Below, in pieces: positions 58,356-64,000 of a DNA stretch of 64,000 nucleotides; position 1 is the first letter of the stretch, and every line of letters starts with the position of its first letter. A program made the translations under genes and the position numbers. Origin of the DNA: Anaerotignum sp. (GTDB taxonomy: Bacteria; Bacillota; Clostridia; Lachnospirales; Anaerotignaceae). The stretch spans positions 1,460 through 65,459 of the forward strand of contig JAHHTU010000005.1 of NCBI GenBank assembly GCA_020024455.1. Reading direction: 5' to 3'. Under the pieces are notes generated by a model, which saw only the letters and a program-made list of their open reading frames with translations, did no database searches and had not been told where the DNA came from.

Positions 58356-58826
58356 TTACACCCCTTTGGGTTTGCGAAACCGCTTGAAAAACCGTTTCAT
58401 GATTTCGCTGCATTCTGCCTGCAACAATCCTTCTGTGACTTCCACTTGATGATTCAGCCTAGGCTCTTGCAAAATGTCCAATATCGAACCTGCACAGCCT
58501 GCTTTGCTGTTTCTTGTGCCAAACACCACACGGGGTATTCTTGCCTGCACAATCGCTCCTGCACACATGGGGCAAGGCTCTACGGTCACATACAATGTAC
58601 AGTCCTCTAAACGCCAATCACCAACCACATCTGCTGCCGCATTGATGACATCTATCTCCGCATGACGCAAGGGATTTTTTGCGGTATTACGCATATTATG
58701 TCCATATGCAATGATTGCATTTTCCCGCACCATCACTGCACCAATCGGCACTTCTCCCGCCTCCAAGGCTTTTTCTGCCTCTAACAGTGCTTGTTGCATA
58801 TAATATAAATCCTGTTCTTCTGTCAT
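58356..58826 (-). CDS. tadA: tRNA adenosine(34) deaminase
   Basis: GEVPIGAV, HAE, WRL, TVEPCPMCAGA and KAG motifs. Confidence 0.96.
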   Translation of the reverse strand: MTEEQDLYYMQQALLEAEKALEAGEVPIGAVMVRENAIIAYGHNMRNTAKNPLRHAEIDVINAAADVVGDWRLEDCTLYVTVEPCPMCAGAIVQARIPRVVFGTRNSKAGCAGSILDILQEPRLNHQVEVTEGLLQAECSEIMKRFFKRFRKPKGV

Positions 58827-58830
58827 ATTG

Positions 58831-60168
58831 TCATTCCCCTTTTGCAACACACACAGAGCCGTTTCTTGCCTCAATATCCGTGACCAGCCAATAATCGTCC
58901 AAACCGTCACCATTCAAGTCTACGGGATACATACTTTGTGCATATGCAATATCTTCATTGGAAGAAACCAACCCTTTTTTTGTTAAAATATAACGAATGG
59001 TCGTACCTGTCATATCACACACATACACTTCTTTGACACCATCTTGGTTCAAATCTCCGCTTGTGATTGGACCATATAAACTCTCCACACCCAAATGGGT
59101 TGACCACAGTTTCTTAAATGTCGTACCATTTTTTTGATATACATATAAATCCAAGCCATCGCTCATCAAATATTCTTTGCTGCCATTGCCGTCCAAGTCG
59201 GTGATATGCATATACCGTACCCCATGTTTCAGACGGGTGTATGTTGTATTGTCCCAACCTGTTTCTGTGCGTGTATAGTATTGTATGGTTTGGTCAACCG
59301 ACAACATCAATGTGCCGCCATCTGCACACAAAGCCCCTGCATTGCCCGTTTCCAATGGAATTTCCATATTGGTCTTTTGCATATTGCCGTCATAAAACAC
59401 AACTTTTTTGGATTTGGTAAAGCTATGCTCGCCTTCCCCACTGCCATGTTCCTCTACACTGGAAAGCAACACTGCCAACTCACTGCCTGCACTGCCATCT
59501 AAAAATGCGGCAGAGGTGGCTTCCAATCCATTTGGAAAGGATATTGTTTTCCACAATCGCAATGCATTTTTCTGATAGCGATACACCCGTACACCGCCGC
59601 CTTGTATGGACGCCATCAACGTATTCCCCTTTTCATCTTTCCCCACGGTCAGGAAACCCTCCTGCGGAAAAGATGCCGATGTAGAAGAAAATGCTTTTTC
59701 CATACCATTCCAATTTTCATATTTTGTAAAATCCACATCTGACAAAAAAGGATTTCTCTCTGTCAAGCCATAATATCCATGGTCATAGCCGCCTTGATAT
59801 CCAACACCTACCACACGGTTGCCACTCAAATAACAAAACATCTGTCCTGCAACATCACCATTATAATGTACCAAGTTGGCAACACCCAATACCACCTCTT
59901 CATTTTGATGTGTGGATAAATCATGTTCACTCATATTTGATGCTGCAAATAAATCTTCTGTTTGTTCTGACTTTTGTGGTATGGTACTACGCATAAATTG
60001 TAAACTGTCTTTATCAAAATCCCAGTAATATTGGTCTGCAACAGACGCCATCAAATCCGTATATTGCTCTTGCTGTTGTGCTGTAAGTGCGAATGTTGTT
60101 TCTTCTTTTGCACAACCACACAAACCCATCACCGTCAACAAAAGCAAACACAACTTTGTTTTTTTCAT
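58831..60168 (-). CDS. Lipoprotein with FG-GAP/VCBS-like repeats
   Basis: Lipobox LCGC; DLDGNGSKE, GDLNQDGVKE and DLNGDGLDD motifs. Confidence 0.85.
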   Translation of the reverse strand: MKKTKLCLLLLTVMGLCGCAKEETTFALTAQQQEQYTDLMASVADQYYWDFDKDSLQFMRSTIPQKSEQTEDLFAASNMSEHDLSTHQNEEVVLGVANLVHYNGDVAGQMFCYLSGNRVVGVGYQGGYDHGYYGLTERNPFLSDVDFTKYENWNGMEKAFSSTSASFPQEGFLTVGKDEKGNTLMASIQGGGVRVYRYQKNALRLWKTISFPNGLEATSAAFLDGSAGSELAVLLSSVEEHGSGEGEHSFTKSKKVVFYDGNMQKTNMEIPLETGNAGALCADGGTLMLSVDQTIQYYTRTETGWDNTTYTRLKHGVRYMHITDLDGNGSKEYLMSDGLDLYVYQKNGTTFKKLWSTHLGVESLYGPITSGDLNQDGVKEVYVCDMTGTTIRYILTKKGLVSSNEDIAYAQSMYPVDLNGDGLDDYWLVTDIEARNGSVCVAKGE

Positions 60169-60250
60169 GTTCGTCCCTTCCCTCTTTTGTAATGCTCACC
60201 TTGCACACAACTGTTTTTATTATATATGACAAAAGCACATTTTTCAAATA

Positions 60251-60784
60251 TTATCTCCCGAATATTCGTTCCACAAGCACCAACGCCATAAAAACACCGG
60301 CAAAATTTGCAACCAAGGCACAAAACAGCGTATGCCTTGTTTTTGTGATTTTCACAGACATAAAATATAAACTCATGGTATAAAACACCGTTTCTGTACA
60401 ACTCATCATCACCGATGCCACACGCCCTAAAAAGGAGTCAGGCCCAAATTGCATAAAAATATCTGTCAAAAGTCCCACAGCCGCCGAGGAAGAAACCAAG
60501 CGAACCAATGTCAGTGGTGCCAATTCCGCAGGAAAACCAAAAGCCATCTCCAACGGTTTCAACAAATTGGTCAACAATTCCAACAAGCCACCTGCCCGAA
60601 ACACTTCCACAGCCACCAACAACCCAATCAATGTTGGCAATATTTCCACAACGGTTTTCAAGCCTTCTTTTGCACCATTGGTAAATGCCTCATATAAATT
60701 GACTTTTTTCAAACAACCAAACACCACAATCAACAGCACGGTTACAGGAATGATGAAATCCGAAACCAACAACAACCATTTCAT
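60251..60784 (-). CDS. spmB: Spore maturation protein B
   Basis: YEAF..GAKEG...ILPTLIGL, GPDS..G..ASVMMSCTETVFY and TRH motifs. Confidence 0.95.
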   Translation of the reverse strand: MKWLLLVSDFIIPVTVLLIVVFGCLKKVNLYEAFTNGAKEGLKTVVEILPTLIGLLVAVEVFRAGGLLELLTNLLKPLEMAFGFPAELAPLTLVRLVSSSAAVGLLTDIFMQFGPDSFLGRVASVMMSCTETVFYTMSLYFMSVKITKTRHTLFCALVANFAGVFMALVLVERIFGR

Positions 60785-61365
60785 TCCTTTTCTCTCCCCT
60801 CTAAACATTTTGCAAGTATAATGCCAACCAATGTCGTCACAAGTGTTGCCACAATGCCGGCACCTACAATTTCTGCGGGTGCTGCCGAGCCATATTCTGT
60901 GCGATATGCAATGATATTGACTGTGACAAGCTGTAATGATGACATATTCACCACCAAAAACATACACATGGCATTTGACGCAGTTCCTTTTTGTCTTTTA
61001 TTTAAGATTGCCAATTCTTTCATTGCCAAAAGTCCTGCTGGTGTGGCTGCCCACCCCAAACCCAAAAAATTGGCTACAAAATTGGCCGCTATGTATGTTC
61101 TTGCAGGGTGTTTTTTTGGTATAGACGGAAATAAAAAAGATAAAAACGGTTCCATTTTATCAGATAACAAATCAATCATACCGCCCCGTTCCGCAATTTT
61201 TAACACCCCTGACCATGTCGCAATCACACCTGCCATTGTGATAGCTAACTGTATTGCCCCCTTTCCACCGTCCAAAATGGCATTTGTCAGCAAATCCATA
61301 CGTCCCAAGAATGCACCTGCCAAAATTCCTCCGATTAAAAAAAAACCCCATATGATATTTAGCAT
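60781..61365 (-). CDS. spmA: Spore maturation protein A
   Basis: MLNIIW, LFP.IP..HPA, ANFLGLGWAATPAGL.AM and M..FLVVN.SS motifs. Confidence 0.95.
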   Translation of the reverse strand: MLNIIWGFFLIGGILAGAFLGRMDLLTNAILDGGKGAIQLAITMAGVIATWSGVLKIAERGGMIDLLSDKMEPFLSFLFPSIPKKHPARTYIAANFVANFLGLGWAATPAGLLAMKELAILNKRQKGTASNAMCMFLVVNMSSLQLVTVNIIAYRTEYGSAAPAEIVGAGIVATLVTTLVGIILAKCLEGREKE

Positions 61366-61386
61366 ATTCTATCCCTCCCATTGTGT

Positions 61387-61414
61387 AATATATGGTTTCT
61401 TTTAGTACAATAGC
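61387..61414 (-). promoter_or_regulatory. Possible sigma-E-type promoter of spmAB
   Basis: Minus strand -10 CATATATT close to the RBS; -35 match is weak; spmAB is sigma-E-dependent in B. subtilis. Confidence 0.35.
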
Positions 61415-61485
61415 ATTATTTTTTTATATAAATCACCATTATTTTTCACATTTTTTCCATATTTTTGTTTATTTGTATTTTTTTG

Positions 61486-61514
61486 TTGCATTTTATATCA
61501 ATGCGTGTTAAAAT
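61486..61514 (+). promoter_or_regulatory. Sigma-A promoter of the abrB-like gene
   Basis: TTGCAT-17 nt-TAAAAT with TGn extension. Confidence 0.6.
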
Positions 61515-61558
61515 TTCGTTAAGAAATAAAGATAGCGCATATGAAAAGAGGAATGAAT

Positions 61559-61819
61559 ATGAAATCTACAGGTATTGTAAGAAAAGTTGATGAATTGGGC
61601 AGAGTTGTTCTTCCGATTGAATTAAGAAGAAATATGGGTATCGCAATCAAAGATTCTTTGGAAATTTTTGTAGAAGAAAATACAATCATTCTCAAAAAAT
61701 ATGAACCTGCTGACGTTTTTTCCGGCAGTATGGAAGATTTGATTGATTACAAAGGCAAAAAAGTATCTAAGGCATCTATATTGGAAATGGCAAAAATTGC
61801 CGGATTGAATGTACAATAA
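61559..61819 (+). CDS. abrB: AbrB-family transition-state regulator
   Basis: MKSTGIVRKVDELGRVVLPIELRR...D.LEIFVE...IILKKYEP; gagga RBS. Confidence 0.9.
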   Translation: MKSTGIVRKVDELGRVVLPIELRRNMGIAIKDSLEIFVEENTIILKKYEPADVFSGSMEDLIDYKGKKVSKASILEMAKIAGLNVQ

Positions 61820-61864
61820 ACAAAAAAAGACACTTCTTTTTTATAAAGTCAGTGTCTTTTTTTG

Positions 61865-61893
61865 TTGACAGGTTTTTTTCACTACTTTACAAT
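61865..61893 (+). promoter_or_regulatory. Sigma-A promoter of the MoxR-VWA operon
   Basis: TTGACA-17 nt-TACAAT. Confidence 0.75.
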
Positions 61894-61939
61894 AATACTC
61901 GATATCAAACAAAAAACAAATGAAAGGCGGTATTGATTG

Positions 61940-62749
61940 ATGAATACATTTCAAGGTAGCAGTAATTATGTTGCAAGCGAAGATTTGATGCGTTCTATGA
62001 ACATTGCAATAGCTTTACAAAAACCTTTATTGATTAAAGGAGAGCCCGGCACAGGCAAAACCATGCTTGCCGAAGCGGTATCTCAGGCATTGGGCAAAAA
62101 ATTGGTCATCTGGAACATCAAATCCACCACAAAAGCACAAGACGGATTATATGTATATGATGTGGTACAGCGTTTATATGACAGCCAATTTGGGAATGAA
62201 GGTGTTGACGATATTCAAAAATATGTCAAAATGGGCAAATTGGGAGAAGCATTTTCTGCCGATGAACAAGTGATTTTGTTGATTGACGAAATCGACAAAG
62301 CCGATTTGGAATTTCCAAACGACTTGCTTTGGGAATTAGACAAAATGGAATTTTATATTCCGGAAACCAAACAAACCATCAAGGCAAAACAACGTCCCAT
62401 CGTCATCATCACATCAAATGCAGAAAAAGAATTGCCTGATGCATTCTTGCGTCGTTGTATCTTCCATTACATCGAATTCCCCGATGCAGAACAAATGGAA
62501 GAAATCATCAATGTACACTTCGACCATTTGGACGAAACATTGCTCAGACAAGTTTTGGATACGTTCTACTGGATTCGGGAAATGTACAACATTCAGAAAA
62601 AACCAAGCACATCAGAAGTCATTGACTGGATACAAGCCCTGATGCTTGGCGGCATTTCTGCCGATAAAATTCGTGAAACCGTACCTTTTGCAGGTGTGTT
62701 ACTGAAAAAGAATGAAGATATTGACACATTAAACCGTCATATTCGATAA
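61940..62749 (+). CDS. MoxR-family AAA+ ATPase
   Basis: GEPGTGKT, LIDEIDKAD.EFPNDLL, TSNAEKELPDAFLRRC and KKPSTSE motifs. Confidence 0.93.
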   Translation: MNTFQGSSNYVASEDLMRSMNIAIALQKPLLIKGEPGTGKTMLAEAVSQALGKKLVIWNIKSTTKAQDGLYVYDVVQRLYDSQFGNEGVDDIQKYVKMGKLGEAFSADEQVILLIDEIDKADLEFPNDLLWELDKMEFYIPETKQTIKAKQRPIVIITSNAEKELPDAFLRRCIFHYIEFPDAEQMEEIINVHFDHLDETLLRQVLDTFYWIREMYNIQKKPSTSEVIDWIQALMLGGISADKIRETVPFAGVLLKKNEDIDTLNRHIR

Positions 62750-62761
62750 GCAGGTGATACC

Positions 62762-63958
62762 ATGTTTACAGCATTTTTCTATTTATTGCGTGCAAGAGGC
62801 TTATATGTTTCCTTAAATGAGTGGATGACACTTCTGGAAGCATTACAAAAAGGGTTACACCAATCCAGTTTCACAGGTTTTTATTATCTTTGCCGCAGTG
62901 TATTAGTCAAAAGCGAAACAGATTTTGATAAATTTGATGGAGCATTTCTGGAATTTTTCAAAGATATGGAATTTACAGACGCATTGCCACAAGAGCTTTT
63001 GGACTGGCTGGAAAACCCCAAAGAAACACCGAGTGATACATTTGATATGGAGCGTGCCATGCAAAACGAACGTCTTTCTCAACAAGAAATTCAGCGTATG
63101 TTTTTGGAACGTTTGGACGAGCAAAAAGAAGAACACAATGGCGGCAGCTATTGGGTAGGTACGGGCGGCGTATCTGTATTTGGCAACAGCGGTTTCAGTC
63201 CAAGAGGGATTCGTGTGGGCGGCGAAGGCGGTAAACGCCGTGCTTTCCAAGTGGCAAGCGAGCGTAAATTCCGTGATTTCCGTCAAGACAACACACTGGA
63301 CACCAGACAATTCCAAATGGCATTTCGTCGTTTGCGTCAATTCTCTGCACAAATAGACGAAGCAAAAACAGAATTTGATATTGATGGCACCATACAGAAA
63401 ACTTGTGACAATGCAGGCACGTTGAACATTGTCTATGACCGTCCCAGAAAAAACACGGTGAAAGTCATGCTTTTGATGGACAGCGGCGGTTCTATGGACT
63501 ATTATAGCCGTTTGTGTTCTGCATTGTTCCAAGCAGTCAATAAGTCCAGCCACTTCAAAGATTTGCAAGTATTTTATTTCCACAACTGTATTTATTCCAA
63601 AATTTATACAGACCCTTATTTGCGTCCATCTTCTGCCATATCCACAGAATGGATTTTGCATAACATCAGCAGTGAGTACAAAGTCATCATTGTGGGAGAC
63701 GCACAGATGGAGCCTTCGGAGTTGTTAGAGGGCAGTTATTACCATTATGGGGCAAGAGATGAAATTTCCGGCATCGAATGGCTGACACGTTTCCGTGAAA
63801 AATATCCGCATTTGGTTTGGCTGAACCCCTCCGAACGACCTTATTGGGGTGGTTGGTGGGCAAAAACCTATGACATCATCAACAAAGACTTTGATATGCA
63901 CGATTTGACGTTGGAAGGCATCAACAACGCCTTAAAAAAACTGATGGTCAATCGGTAA
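62762..63958 (+). CDS. VWA-domain (CoxE-like) protein
   Basis: HNGGSYWVGTGG.S.FG, MIDAS-like DSGGSM, YFHNC, VGDA.M.P.E and WLNP motifs. Confidence 0.9.
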   Translation: MFTAFFYLLRARGLYVSLNEWMTLLEALQKGLHQSSFTGFYYLCRSVLVKSETDFDKFDGAFLEFFKDMEFTDALPQELLDWLENPKETPSDTFDMERAMQNERLSQQEIQRMFLERLDEQKEEHNGGSYWVGTGGVSVFGNSGFSPRGIRVGGEGGKRRAFQVASERKFRDFRQDNTLDTRQFQMAFRRLRQFSAQIDEAKTEFDIDGTIQKTCDNAGTLNIVYDRPRKNTVKVMLLMDSGGSMDYYSRLCSALFQAVNKSSHFKDLQVFYFHNCIYSKIYTDPYLRPSSAISTEWILHNISSEYKVIIVGDAQMEPSELLEGSYYHYGARDEISGIEWLTRFREKYPHLVWLNPSERPYWGGWWAKTYDIINKDFDMHDLTLEGINNALKKLMVNR

Positions 63959-63960
63959 TC

Positions 63961-64000
63961 AAAAAAAGAGGAGAACCCCTTTATCGGAGTTCTCCTTTTT
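63961..64000 (+). terminator. Terminator after the VWA gene
   Basis: gaggagaacc-loop-agttctccttttt. Confidence 0.65.

Overview
Core-chromosome window from a low-GC, spore-forming clostridial firmicute (Lachnospirales/Anaerotignum-like gene content; this assignment is an inference). Most genes lie on the minus strand. Housekeeping genes: trmL, a PerR/Fur regulator, ispE-gntR, thrR-thrB-lysC, birA-panT-coaX-coaX, tilS-hpt-ftsH, dnaD plus a DnaC-like ATPase, sua5-rpiB-upp, metG-tatD, asnB, malQ, putP, tadA, ffs-dnaX-ybaB-recR and a MoxR-VWA pair. Sporulation genes: spoVT, spoIIE, spmAB, ytfI-gerW and an abrB-like gene. RNA elements: a Met T-box, a TPP riboswitch controlling tenA plus a ThiXYZ-type ABC transporter, and the large SRP RNA. 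I saw no CRISPR array, cas gene, transposase, integrase, rRNA or tRNA. The most notable observations are: (1) an orphan Card1/DUF1887-like CARF-nuclease gene inside the ytfI-gerW sporulation operon; (2) tandem type III pantothenate kinases, one with Gly->Ser changes in both phosphate-binding loops, downstream of a PanT-like ECF S-component that has a structured leader; (3) a ~250-nt multi-hairpin leader and a WalR-type direct repeat upstream of a G5/3D cell-wall hydrolase; (4) a -1 frameshifted hypothetical gene and a 56-aa ORF missed by the ORF track. All family calls come from motif recognition by eye, not from database searches.
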